From the NCBI RefSeq assembly GCF_009834535.1, contig NC_045697.1, forward strand, positions 76,200,001 to 76,264,000: a DNA stretch of 64,000 nucleotides, read 5' to 3'. Shown here one piece after another: positions 52,697 to 64,000 of this stretch. The notes under the pieces were generated by a model. It ran no database searches, was not told where the DNA came from, and saw nothing but the letters and a program-made list of their open reading frames with translations. The DNA is from Camelus ferus. Its lineage: Eukaryota. A program made the translations under genes and the position numbers. Numbering within the stretch: the stretch's first letter is position 1; each line of letters begins with the position of its first letter.

Positions 52697-52862
52697 AGGG
52701 AGTTCTTAAATTGGAGTCTGTGGATGAACTTTGAGGAACCTGAGAACCCTGTGAAACAGGACATCATATTTTTGTGTGTATACATGAACATTTTTCTGGG
52801 AAAAGGGTACAGAGTTTTTATTGATGATCAGCAGTCTCTGACCTCAAATGGTCAGGAATCCT
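52697..52862. mobile_element. MER103-like hAT-Charlie relic
   Basis: 'agttcttaaattggagtctgtggatg..catttttctgggaaaagggtac..tctctgacctcaaatggtcaggaa'. Confidence 0.6.
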
Positions 52863-53383
52863 CAACAGCCCGGAGAAGCTGAGGAGGCTGTAAGGTCCCT
52901 CCGTGCTGCTGGACCACTGTTGTGGGAGAGGATGCTTCCTTATGCCTTCAGCTAACCAGAGAGAAGACCCCATTCCCTAGACCCCAGTGGTCTTTTTTGT
53001 GTCCTTACCACCATGCTGCCCCGGTGGTAGGATTGGGCCATGAAAGCAGCAGAGGGTCCCTGAGCTCCCAGACAGTCTTTGCTTTTCAGTTAAGCCTATT
53101 TCTGGGCAAACAGAAGCATTTCCCTTTCCTTTCAATCTCAGAACAGTGAGTCTCTGGGGTTCCCAGATATGTCTCTACAGTAGCACCTCCGTGATCTTTG
53201 GCAGGTCTGCCACCACCTCTATCATCATTTCTTTAGTGTTTTCTTATTTAAATAAAGTGAAATTTAAAATATAATGCGTGTGGATTTAAAATCTGCCCCC
53301 CTCCCTTTTGTACTTGTTTACATAAAAAGGAAAAATGCCTGTGAAGTGGGTTTGTCATGCTAATTACATTTTCTTCCCTGGTG

Positions 53384-53530
53384 CGTTTCTCATGGTTGAG
53401 ACCATTGTAAAGCTTGCTGCAGAATCACCTGGGTGGTGCTGACTCAGAAGCTCTTGGAGAGGCTGTGGGGTCTGCATTTTAATGAGCATCAAGGTGATTC
53501 TCACTCAGAGTAAAGCTTTGGAACAACTGC
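53384..53530. mobile_element. MER5-family hAT-Charlie MITE
   Basis: 'cagaatcacctggg..tctgcattttaa..caaggtgattct..aaagctttggaacaactg'. Confidence 0.7.
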
Positions 53531-53597
53531 ACCAGTAAAGTTTTCCTCCACGTACCACCTAAAGCAGCGTGCGTGCTACGCTTCGGGAAGCACTAGG

Positions 53598-53760
53598 TTT
53601 AGAGCTTAATGTGCATGGGTTTTGAAGAAAGAAGGCTTATGTTTGATTCCTGGCTCTGATATTTTCCAACTGTATGAAGGCAGCCAAATGACCTGTTTCC
53701 TCATCTGTAAAATGGGTATAAGAAAACTTCACAGGATTCTTGAAAGAACGGTGGGAGATC
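53598..53760 (+). mobile_element. MIR SINE
   Basis: 'gtttgattcctggctctg..cctgtttcctcatctgtaaaatgggtataa'. Confidence 0.85.
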
Positions 53761-55724
53761 CTGTTTGATCTCTGGAGCTCTGGGCCCAGAGGACACACTT
53801 TGTGTCCTTTGTGTCCTTTGAGGCCCTCCCAGGCCTCTCTGTCTTCTGAGTTTTAATCTAGGCTCAGCATGGAATTATTACAAAACTTGAGGCAAATTGT
53901 TCAACTTATTTGAAGAGTTCTCTGTTTTTGATCTATTAAATAGTGATCATCTTTGATTTTATTTCCTGCAAATCCTCTAGGAAATTAAGGCCAAACAAGC
54001 CCTTAGTCATCTTGTAAACTGTTGACTGGTGAGAGCTGTATACCTTTGCTGGGAGCAACATGAACTTGGAATAAGCCCCCGCCCCACCTCCCTGTAGCTG
54101 CAGGAGAGCTCAGGCAGCAGCTTCTTCACGCCCACCTGCCTGCACCTGTACCTCACAGAGCTTATGCTGAAAAGAGCCATTTTCCCCTGCCTTTGACTAC
54201 CTCTCACTCACTGTTTACCCTTCTGTCACTTGAACACACAAAGTTGTGTTACAACATTCTAAATGAATTGACCAATTATCTGGACACTTCAGATCGAGAA
54301 ACACCAGACACTATAAACACATAGCTCTGTGGAGTGACTGAATTTTGGCAGGGGAGAGGGGAATCCAGAATAAATTTCTGCAAATCAGTAATGCTGAGAG
54401 CTTGAGGAACAAAGGGTTAAAATGTAAGTGAGAGTGGTGACATGTCACTCAAAGTTCATATGTTCACTTCCTGTCATGCAAGTGCCAAGCTTCCCTCATT
54501 CTGAATGAACTTAGTTCTTAGTGGCTTATAAGGGCAATAGTCAGTCATTTTAGGGAAGAAGAATTGCTGGCTACCTATTAGAAGTCTGGTCATATACCTA
54601 TGGCTGTCTGCTTTTCATGAGGATGGAAATCATTTAGTTCTTGGGCCAAGCATAACATTCCTTTTATTACTCCTTTGAAGCGAAACTTAATTCTTTGTGT
54701 ATATATTTTTTTAAAATACAGGACCTCAAAGAGGAAATCTCACATTAAGTGAAACATGAGCTGGTTAACTATTGATCATAATATGTAGGTGTCCAGATGA
54801 GGGCTTATGAATCCGGGCTGGGTGTATGGGTTGGTGCAAAAACCCTGCCTGAAATCTGTTACATCATTACTGATTTCAACGGAAGACTGAACTATGTTGA
54901 TAAGAAGCAGAATTTAAAGGGTGCTCTTTTACTATAAAAGTGGTTTAGAATTTGTACTAGTTGATTCGTTTGCCATCTTTGGAGCTAAATTAAAATGTGC
55001 ATAAATACTCATTTATAAACATTGAATGTTGTAAAGGTTCTCTTTCTGGATCACCTTCTTATTCTACTATTCAAATAAATAGTTCCTTTTTGCAAGGGAA
55101 AGACAAAAGAAACACCAGTAATGTGCCAAGAGCACAGTGAATTTAGAGTGTGATGAATCGACAGACTCAACCAGAACTGTCTGTTGCTCCTCTGGATGGA
55201 AATTTTAAACCTAAATATTTCTCAGCATAGAAATTAAGAAATGGAAGCATAATTCTAGTGGCATTGCAAATTCTAAAACAACCCAAAATATGAACAATCA
55301 GTTGTAAAGTGAATTTAGGCATAGACCATTAGATTCCTAGTTGGAATGCTGTGTTGTTCCTTTAGGGGTTTCTGTAAGCCATCTAGCTGACACACCACCC
55401 CTTTCCGCCAGTGATTATTCTAATCCCAAAGTTTGAGAGAACCTGCTGCGTGCTACTAGTTGGCTGTGGAAGAGTCTTTTCACTGGGCAGAGAGGACCTG
55501 GGTTGGAGAGCCACCGATCCTCAATTTAAATCACCAGCACATATCTGTTGATGTACTTTGCTTTTCCCCCTGACACTTCTCGTAATACCTAGGCTGGTTG
55601 GGATTTCCAAGGTGGTTGACACCTCAGGCTCCCTCATACCGCTACCTAAATGTTGGAGGTAGTTATAGAATACTGTTCAGGCTGGAGGGCTCTCATCATC
55701 CAAAATTCAACTGACTCTAAGCTG

Positions 55725-55902
55725 GAAGCAGTCACATACTTGTAACATCACCCAGGGGCTTGTTAACAATGTAGATTCTAAGACCTAACTTCCATGGATT
55801 CTGATTTATTAGATCTGGAAGCTCATGAGTCTGCATTTTAAACAAGCTCTCCAGATGATTCTGATACAAGTGACCTCTGGTCCGCTTTTTAGGAAGCGCT
55901 AC
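55725..55902. mobile_element. MER5A/B hAT-Charlie MITE
   Basis: 'atcacccaggggcttgttaacaatgtagattct..gattctgattt..tctgcattttaaacaagctc..gatgattctgat'. Confidence 0.8.
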
Positions 55903-56920
55903 TCTGAGGTGTCCCGTACGTGCTTGTCTTTAGACTGTTCTCTGCAGACACAGCTACACAGTATATGCTAGGCAGGAATAAAAAGGGGGAAATTTAAGAG
56001 CCCATTTACAAATGATTCCTTAAAATGCCTAAAAATATATAAGTACTTTCTTGAAAGGGATAGGTTGGAGAACTAGCAAGAATTGCCACCAATTGCTGTT
56101 GTGTCCCCAATGAAAACAATCTAGAATTGTGAGAAATTATTTCCCATGTCCTTTGAGACCTCGTCTTTGGATATCTGCCCTTTCCCACCAGAACCCAAGC
56201 CTCTATTCCTAAAATATTCTATCCACGAAGTTCTGCCCAGTGCTCGACATCGTGGAGCACCGAACCACAGGCTGGTTTGGACGTCGTGCAGTATTTCAGA
56301 GAAAGGTGCTTCACCTCAAGTTGGAGCTCCACATATCTATCGTTGTGTTAATTCGAACAGGTGAAAGAAGTTTCCCCAAACTTTTGGTAACAGAATCTTC
56401 TCCCCTCCCCGCACCTTCTCAGAGTTCACTTGCTGTAGAGTTGATCTTGGGTGAATTTGCACATGGTCTGCTTGCCCTTGGAGTTGTGTTCAGAATCTCC
56501 CAGGACTGCTCTGGAACTAAACTCTTTCAGTAAATTAAAATAATAAACAGCTGTTAATCCAAGAGGACCTGGTCCTCTTTTGAAGTTTTTCTAAACTCTA
56601 AGTGGTAGAAAAGTGTGTGAAAGAAAGAAGGCAGTTCTAGGGAGATTCCTCACTAGACAAGGTAAGACACGGAAGGGAATGCTTGATGTTTTGCCAAGAG
56701 CCGTCTTTTAACTCTTTTTTTCCCCTGATCTTAGTGAAATAGGCTGTCCTATGAATCTAAAGACAGAAAGCTTTGCCAGTGGCTTTACAAGGAAGTTGTA
56801 ATTGCTACATTTTTGTTAAACTGGTGTTTTTAACTTCCTGTTGAGGGAGCTTAAGAGGACAAAATTATTTTACAGCTAACATTTATATATATATATAATA
56901 TATATATTTTATATATATGG

Positions 56921-57080
56921 TAGTGATCCTCAAACTTTAATGTGCATACAGATCTCTTGGAAATCTTGTTAATGTACAGATTTAGTAAATTGGAGGTGGG
57001 GCCAGAGATTCTGCAATATTTCCCACAAGTTCCCGAGTGCTGCCCAGGCTGCAGGTACGGGGAGCACACTGAGTAGTAAG
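56921..57080. mobile_element. MER5A1-like hAT-Charlie MITE
   Basis: 'tagtgatcctcaaactttaatgtgcat..tcttgttaa..ggggccagagattctgca..acaagttccc..cacactgagtag'. Confidence 0.8.
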
Positions 57081-59189
57081 AAGACAGGTGATAAAGAAAT
57101 TGGTAGGGGTTTACGATTCTTGGATTTATAGCACTCCTTTCAGTTCTGAAGTGCAGTTCCCCTGGTTAAACAGAATAGAGCCTCTGTTTTAGTTTGACTA
57201 GCAAGCATTCACGGTTGTGTTTTTTGTTCCATAACTCTTGAGGGCACGACTGGTGTGAGCATTGTGATACGAGTAAATAACATCAAGATACACCTTCAGT
57301 TTGCTCCATGGTGCAGTCAGTCTGTTGCCCTGAAGCAAAATGTCAAGCCGTCCAAGTTTTAATGGTCAAATGGACATTTTTCAACAGATTTCCTTGGCAT
57401 TTGAAATGTGAATAAGAATGACAGAAGTAAGTGTGCCAAACCTACACTTCACAGAACTTGGGGTAAAGAATAGTATAGTTGTTGCTCTTCAAACGGTTGC
57501 CTTAACTGGATTCTCTTTGATCTCTGGGGTCTCAGAAAGAGCTTGACTCATCCAACTTTCTCACGACTAAAATAATGCCTGAAAAAAGCAAGTGATTTAA
57601 GTATTGTCATCACAGCTTTCTGCTCACCCCGCTTCTACATTGTGCATTGCAGTGTAATCTCACAGGGCAGACCCCAGTGAGCAGAGAGCCTGTCTCCTAG
57701 CCAAGCTGTTAGTTCACAGGTAAATGGCATCTTCTCCAGGGGAGCTCCTCTGGTTTGCAGACCCTCCATACGCCTAATAAAGGGATTAGTGTTATTATGC
57801 CTTTAGAGGTTTAGTTCATCTTTGATTTGTGTTCAGATCTCTTCTCTCAGCAATTCAAAAGTGTCTTGTTTTGTTTTTAATGGAATTGCCCAAGCTAAAC
57901 AAAAGAGTTAGAATTAGAAATGCTTCTGGGTGAGGTTTGGAGGAAACTTTTCTGAGACCTCCCTGCTTTTCTTACTTTGAGAGAAAAATGGGGGTGGGGA
58001 AAAGATCCACAGAAAAGTAACCAGATATCCAAGGAAATGGAAAATGAGTTCTTTAAGAAAAAGCTGACGGGGATGGAATTGTTTTACCTGTAAAAGTAAG
58101 GATTAAGGAGTCAGTTAATTCCCATTTTTAGAAATATGGAGGGTTATTACAGGGCAAAGGGATCCAGTTGTTCTCTGTCTTCACAAGGAAGATCTCTACA
58201 CGTGTAGATTTGACAGATAACCTTTCTTAAGTGCTTTCCAGGGCTATCATTTCATTTCTTTTGAAAGTAAAACAGTGTAGATTTTAGATATGATAACTGA
58301 GTCTTTTTTATGGCAAAACTTGTATGAAATCTGTATCCATTTATAGAATTGCTGGGTAATTTATATGAACTAATAGTGGTATTTGCTAATCTGTGCAAGT
58401 TAAATTTAGTTTCACCATCGTTAAACATGTAAACTGCTTACACACTAATCTACATTTCATAATTTATTCTGTCCTCTTTTGAAGTTCTTTATTAGCTGTG
58501 CACTCTACCGTAGGATCACCACTGAACCCCATGCTAATGGGTATAAATTATAGTGGTGCCAGCTTGTCTTACCTTTGTTACGTATGTGCCAACTGTTTCA
58601 CAATGAACCTTTACTTTCCATTTTATGACTGGCTGTAAAAACTGTGCTTAGAGCCAGTGAATGGACATGGCGTATTATGTCCACAATCTTGAAAGTCCCA
58701 ACAAAAGCCAATTTCTTTTTTTACTCTCTAGGGATAGTTCATGGCATTTTCATGATATTCATCCTTTAGTCTCTTTTTCCCCTCTTGTCTTTGCTCATTG
58801 TTTTCCAAAAGAAGACGGGAGGAAAAACAACAAAAAAGTAAGCTGGTCAGTGTCACTTCTGCATTCTGGTGGGAAATTGGTATTATTATAGAAACAGTGA
58901 GCTATGATTTAATTTAGCATACAGTACTCTTATCCACTATTATTAGGGTTGAGAGTTGGTCATCTTTTAATTAGATGTCACAGAGGTCTAAAATTGGAAT
59001 CAATCAGGTGAAGACCTAATAGGTTTTATAATTAACTTATCTGGTGGGAAACGTTGATATGATTCCCAGTTTACAACTTTACAAAAGTCATAAAGCATTA
59101 TTTTGAGGTGGCGTTTAGAATTAGATAACTCCAAAACATATATGCACCTTTTAATGAGTGGAAAGAAAAATGAAACAAGAGCTTATAAA

Positions 59190-59302
59190 CAGTTTCATTG
59201 GTGTATACATCTATCAGAGTTCATCAAATTGTACATCTGAAAGATGTGTATTTTATTGTACAGGAATCATACCATAATAAATGTGTTAAAAAAAAAAAAA
59301 AG
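59190..59302 (+). mobile_element. L1M extreme 3' end
   Basis: 'ttcattggtgtatacatctatcagagttcatcaaattgtaca..aataaatgtgttaaaaaaaa'. Confidence 0.75.
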
Positions 59303-60834
59303 ACTAAATAAGGACAAAAATCCCCCTTCCCCTCGGGATGGTGGCGCTGGGATTAAAAAAAAAGTATATTTGAGACACCTGAAGACACTTACAAAGAAAG
59401 CAGAAATGTTTAGAAAGGAAGGCCAAGAAAAGGCAATCCAAACAGTACCTGGAACTAATCAGGTGATAAGCAAATATGGTCAGCTTGTTTGGATGTGATG
59501 AAAGAGGCAAAATATGAGGGAAAAGGAGGGAAAAAACAACATTTAGGGGGGAAAGAAAAAAAGATTTCTTTTGTCTCCAGCAAATCAGGATGGTAGCATC
59601 TCCATTTGTTCTCAATGGAGCTAATTGAAAGAGCTCCCGGGAATATTTCCATACTGGCTCTTCTTGAAGGAATTGGGTTGGAAAAAAAAATCTTCAGAGT
59701 TCCAGGGGCTTTGTCACGTAAAGCACAGAACAGGTTTTCTGCACCAGCTTCCAAATTATAGCTCTAGCGGACCACATGAGCCAGGTTGATCTGGTTCAGA
59801 CTTCCCTAGAGCTCGGAGTCTAATGGATCCTAAATGGGGATTCATGATTTCCTTGTAAGAGAGGCTTGCAAGCAAATAAAGGGTAATCTAGAGATGCCAT
59901 ACACACCTTTTTAATTGTAGAGCAAATGGAGAACCAGCTCAGCCAGTGGATTCTTGACAGTAATGCCCACTTTGTCTCCTCTTGTGTTCTCTTGCATGAG
60001 GCTTGAGTGGGAATCTTCTTTATGTTTAGTCCAGGGGGTTGGTTGACAAGGAGGTGGAAGGTGAAGGGCCATTTGTTCACTTCTGGTTAATGCCAACAGA
60101 GTAGCAAAGGGGAAAGTGTGTGCTCTCTCATTCAGGGAAACAAATCCTGCTATTTCACACTTAGGAGCCAGCCATGTGTCCTGAGGCCAATGGAAGAAAG
60201 CAGCAGAGCTGGGCCCTGGGGCCTCAGCCCAAACACCACAGAGAAAATCATTCGTGCTAATGTGTTTGACATCAGGAAGCACAGCTCACTGACTCTGAAC
60301 TTGACATGGCCATTCCCAGTGGCTCTTAGAGAAGGAAAGTCCAAGAGAAAAGGAGAGGGCCAGCAATGTTAGGAGCCTCAGGGGGACACAAGGCAAAGGG
60401 TATGATAGTGTAATCCAAGACATGCTGAGATATAGACTCCCATATCCCAAAGGGAAGGGAAGGCTGTGCTCTTCAAGGGCTGCAAATAAAAGGCCCTTAT
60501 GTTGGTATGCCCTTCTTTCTTGTGTACACCACTCCTTCCTGCCCAGCCAGAGAATTGTTTCAGAATCTTTCTTAAAGTAATGTTCCGGGGAGGCCCCACC
60601 AACTGGCTGAAACTGACCTCAGACCTATTTGACATCCTTGGTTTACGCTACAGGAGAGTAACATTTCTTCACTGGAGAAGGCGCTGTGGTGGATCCAGGG
60701 AGAAGAGGAACAGTAATGACTTATTTCTGAAATCTCGGCCCAGTGGCTTGGAAACATGGGTACAGCACAAGTTGGACTGTGGTTTTCTGTGGATAGATCA
60801 TGTGCTGGATCAATGGATAGGTCATACCCTCCTC

Positions 60835-60930
60835 TTGCCTGTCTTACACACCAGAATTCCAAGTGCTCAGAACAGTTTTGACAGTGTAGTCAATGCTCTG
60901 TAAACGTTTGCTGAATGAATAAATAAATGA
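60835..60930 (+). mobile_element. L2 3' terminus
   Basis: 'aagtgctcagaacagttttgacagtgtag..gctctgtaaacgtttgctgaatgaataaataaatgaa'. Confidence 0.75.
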
Positions 60931-61144
60931 AGAAAAATGGCTACAGTTAAGTCTTAGTGCTTAAATCCCATTTTGTAATTATAGAGTTTGAGTTAGAATT
61001 TTTTTCCATTTTTATTTTTCTCCTCCATATTTTTAATTACAATATTCACACCTGCTACTATTTAATCTGTCAGTGCTGCTGAACTGCTAGTGAACAGATG
61101 CTGAGAGAAAACTTTGGAAATGTGATATGAAAGAAGACAATTCT

Positions 61145-61147
61145 ATA

Positions 61148-61197
<50 letters not shown>
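61145..61197. repeat. (TA)n microsatellite
   Basis: Seen directly. Confidence 0.95.
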
Positions 61198-61198
<1 letters not shown>

Positions 61199-61379
61199 TT
61201 TTTTTGAGGTACAGAAAACATCATACAAGTAATATGGGGATATTTTTCCACTAATAAAATGTATGGAATTCTGTGTCACCAATTCATGGTGTCCCATAAA
61301 GAACATGATTTTCAGGTGTTCCATGACCTGAATATGTTTTAAGACCAACCTTCCCTGCCAACCCTACATTTTAGAACAA

Positions 61380-61545
61380 TAGTACTTAAACCATAGCACT
61401 TCTCAGAATTACCTAGAGGGCTTGTTAAAACCCAGATGGCTGGGTCCCTCGCACCCTGAGGGTTTCTGATTCACTAGGTTTGCATTTCTCACAAGTTCCC
61501 AGATGATACTGTTTTGGTCTACAGACCACACTTTCAGAACCACTG
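61380..61545. mobile_element. MER5A hAT-Charlie MITE
   Basis: 'cagaattacctagagggcttgttaaaacccagat..gtttctgattca..ttgcatttctcacaagttcccagatgat..gaccacactttcagaaccactg'. Confidence 0.85.
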
Positions 61546-62029
61546 ATTTAGGGCAGAATTCCTTGAGATAAAGACAGCTTTTATTGTCTTGGCTGCTCCT
61601 TCCTGAATATCCTCTGAAGGATGTTGGACATTATAAGAGCCACTGATACAGGTATCAGTGAGGTGTATACTGTTATTATCCCCATTTGAGGCAGAGAGAA
61701 TCTGAATAGTACGTGGGAAGAGCCAGCAGTTGAACCTACGTGGTCTGGCTTCAGACTGTTAACTGACTTTGAAGAAAAGGGCTAACTGAGGTAGATCCTC
61801 CCAACCATGTGGTTTTGACTCGGGGCAAGAAAAGTAACTGAGAAGATTCCAAAGCTCTGTCTGATTGTTCAGAAGAGAAGCGAGCAGCAGGCTCTCTAGG
61901 CTGGGGTCGCTCTGGACCTGCTCCCTCGCTGCCTCACTGTCACTGCTTAAGGCAGAATGAAACCTTCCTTCCTCAGAGGGGAGAGCAAATGACTGGAAAC
62001 AAACTGGATATTATTTGAAAAGTGATTGA

Positions 62030-62290
62030 TAAAATAAGTGAACAAAGGCACATCCATTCAATGGAATAGAATACAGCTGCAAAAGAAAGAATAAGGAAAC
62101 TCTTTGTGTACCAACATGTAAATAGCACCAACACGTATGGTTAAATTTTTCTAAAAGGAAAAAATAACACATTTGTGTTTGCTTACATGTGCATAAAATA
62201 TCCCTGAAGAACTCATAATAAAGCAATAATAGTCACCATCTAGGTGCAAGAGCAACAGGTGACTGGGGACAGGAAAGGAGGGTGGCTTCT
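62030..62290 (+). mobile_element. L1ME 3' UTR fragment
   Basis: 'acatccattcaatggaatagaatacagc..aagaataaggaaactctttgtgtacc..tgcataaaatatccctgaagaactcataa'. Confidence 0.7.
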
Positions 62291-62652
62291 CCCTCTCTCT
62301 CTTTTTTTTGGGGGGGGGGCTTTTGAAAATTAAATAGTTAATGTTTAAAAGTTGGTGATAGATTTCCTGTGACTTTCCTTACTTGATTACCTGGAGAAAC
62401 GTTTTCCCTTTGGGTTCATCCCCATCTACCCGCCCAGCACCTCACAGGTCCCTTCTGCTTGGCAGCTGGAAATCCACTCCTGCCTGATGGGCCCATGTTT
62501 AGGGTTTGTCTGGTATTAGCCTGTGAAACACAGTGAGGATGGTGTGTCTTCCAGCGACCTTGGGATTGTTTTTGCATTGTCTGTAAATGACTAAATGTAA
62601 ATAATTTGGAAGGAAAAAACTTTATTTCTCTTAGGAAACAGAGGCTACTTTA

Positions 62653-62923
62653 TTTTTTTTAACATTTTTTGTTGATTTATAATCATTTTACAATGTTGTG
62701 TCAAATTCCAGTGTTCAGCACAATTTTTCAGTTTTACATGAACATATATATATTCATTGTCACATTTTTTTCTCTGTGAGCTACCATAAGATCTTGTGTA
62801 TATTTCCCTGTGCTATACAGTATAATCTTGTTTATCTATTCTACAATTCTGAAATCCCATCTATCCCTTCCCACCCTCCGCCCCCTTGGCAACCACAAGT
62901 TTGTATTCTATGTCTATGAGTCT
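62653..62923 (-). mobile_element. Young lineage-specific L1 3'-UTR fragment with perfect 16-bp TSD
   Basis: TSD aacagaggctacttta at 62637-62652 and 62924-62939; T tail then 'aatcattttacaatgttgtgtcaaattccagtg..ttccctgtgctatacag'. Confidence 0.93.
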
Positions 62924-62944
62924 AACAGAGGCTACTTTAATCAT

Positions 62945-63165
62945 AATGGCATCACATTTATATAGCACTTTATAGTTTATAAAATCCTTTCACAGGCATT
63001 AGGCCATTTATACCTCACAACAGCTCTGAGAGGTAGCTATTATGGTCCCCATTTAATAGATGAGGAAACTGAGGCTCAAAGAGTTCCAGTAACTTGTCCA
63101 AGGTCAGAAAGCTATTAAATGTGAGAGCCAGGACTGCTACCCAAGTATTCTGACTCAAGTCTTCT
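62945..63165 (-). mobile_element. MIR SINE
   Basis: 'cctcacaacagctctgagaggtagc..ccccatttaatagatgaggaaactgaggctca..aacttgtccaaggtca'. Confidence 0.9.
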
Positions 63166-63199
63166 GAATTCCACCCCCCTGCCTTTTTATAGTTGTAGA

Positions 63200-64000
63200 A
63201 AGAGAAAAATTAATATGCTTTTTTAAAAAAGAAAAAGACAGAAATATCCATAATCCCATGACTCCAACAAAACATTATTAAATTTACATACTATCTTCCA
63301 GGGTTTGTCCATGTGCCTACAACTATTATCTAGTTACAATCATAATATATGTGCAATTATGTATTCTATTTCTTCCCCCCACTTGGCGCTGCTATCCTGA
63401 AGCATTTTCCGAGTTGCAACATAATTTTCATGATTAGCAAATTAATAGCTTCGTATTTCTTCAAGACCTGTTCAAATGCAACCTGCTACTGCTTAACATG
63501 GATTCATTTGATTCATCCATTCACTCATTCATTCAATCAATAATTACTAAACCCCTGCTACGTGCCAGATCCCATGCCAAAGGCTCGGGACGTGTCAGTG
63601 ATGGGCACACACCGGAGGGACACTGCGGTGCCTGAAGGTGAGGAAGCAGCAGGGCGGGAAGTAAGGCAAAGCTTCCTAGAGGAAGTACATGCTGAGACAG
63701 ATAATCGTTGAAATTTTTAATAAAAAAGAATAACACTGCTGTAAACACCTTTGTGCTTATAATTTTTCTATTTTAAAAAGGTTTTTTTTCCTACACGAGG
63801 GAATTCCACTTTTGTGGCATAAGTACTTGTATTCCTCTGACGTGATACCAAAAATATATGAGTGTATGATTTCATTATGACCTCATCAACACTAAGTATT
63901 TTTATTGAAAAGCAGTGTTTGTTAATTTTACAGTTGGAAAATGGTGCCCCAATTGTTGCCTTGATTTGTATTTCTTTGATTAATAGTGATGTTAATATTT
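63200..64000 (-). mobile_element. Old L1ME 3' relic interrupted by an antisense L2 end (~63500-63705)
   Basis: L2: 'cattcactcattcattcaatcaataattact..ctacgtgccag'; L1: 'aataacactgctgtaaacacctttgtg', 'ttgatttgtatttctttgatt'. Confidence 0.65.

Noticed and set aside
53573..53593. gtgctacgcttcgggaagcac resembles the U6 snRNA 5' stem-loop
   Set aside because: No U6 sequence follows; it is better explained as a hAT-Charlie terminus ('cactttgggaagcact'-like) next to a MER5.
56561..56579. Perfect 9+1+9 inverted repeat aagaggacc-t-ggtcctctt
   Set aside because: Close to chance expectation for this window size, with no supporting context.
58195..58208. 14-bp palindrome tctacacgtgtaga with a CACGTG core
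   Set aside because: A few 14-bp palindromes are expected by chance in 64 kb.
60499..60903. 134-aa plus ORF and overlapping minus ORFs
   Set aside because: No homology recognised, and the 3' end runs into an L2 terminus.

Overview
This is mammalian genomic DNA: AT-rich, CpG-depleted and dense in interspersed repeats. It is very probably camelid (alpaca, llama or camel), because it carries a tRNA-Ala(AGC)-derived SINE of the camelid vic-1 type at ~33.2 kb. The window looks intronic or intergenic. I recognise no host protein-coding exon, and almost all track ORFs are chance or repeat-derived. The only recognisable cellular-gene sequence is a TSD-flanked processed COX6C retrocopy (minus strand, ~39.7-40.15 kb) whose frame is still open but heavily substituted. 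The repeats comprise four younger 5'-truncated L1s (two with perfect 16-bp TSDs), old L1M/L2/L3/MIR relics, MLT1/MLT2/MER21 LTRs and hAT DNA-transposon fossils (MER63, MER5, MER94, MER103-like). The most notable unexplained items are: a ~190-bp non-repeat insert with AATAAA + poly(A) and a 15-bp TSD (~11.85-12.07 kb; orphan retrocopy or transduction); a 90-bp patch with 14 CpGs and a GC box at ~42.0 kb; a CRE half-site cluster at ~34.2 kb; two L1 fragments truncated at almost the same consensus base; and several candidate small exons. I found no evidence of a novel multi-gene system. Repeat subfamily names come from recalled consensus sequences, and their boundaries are approximate.
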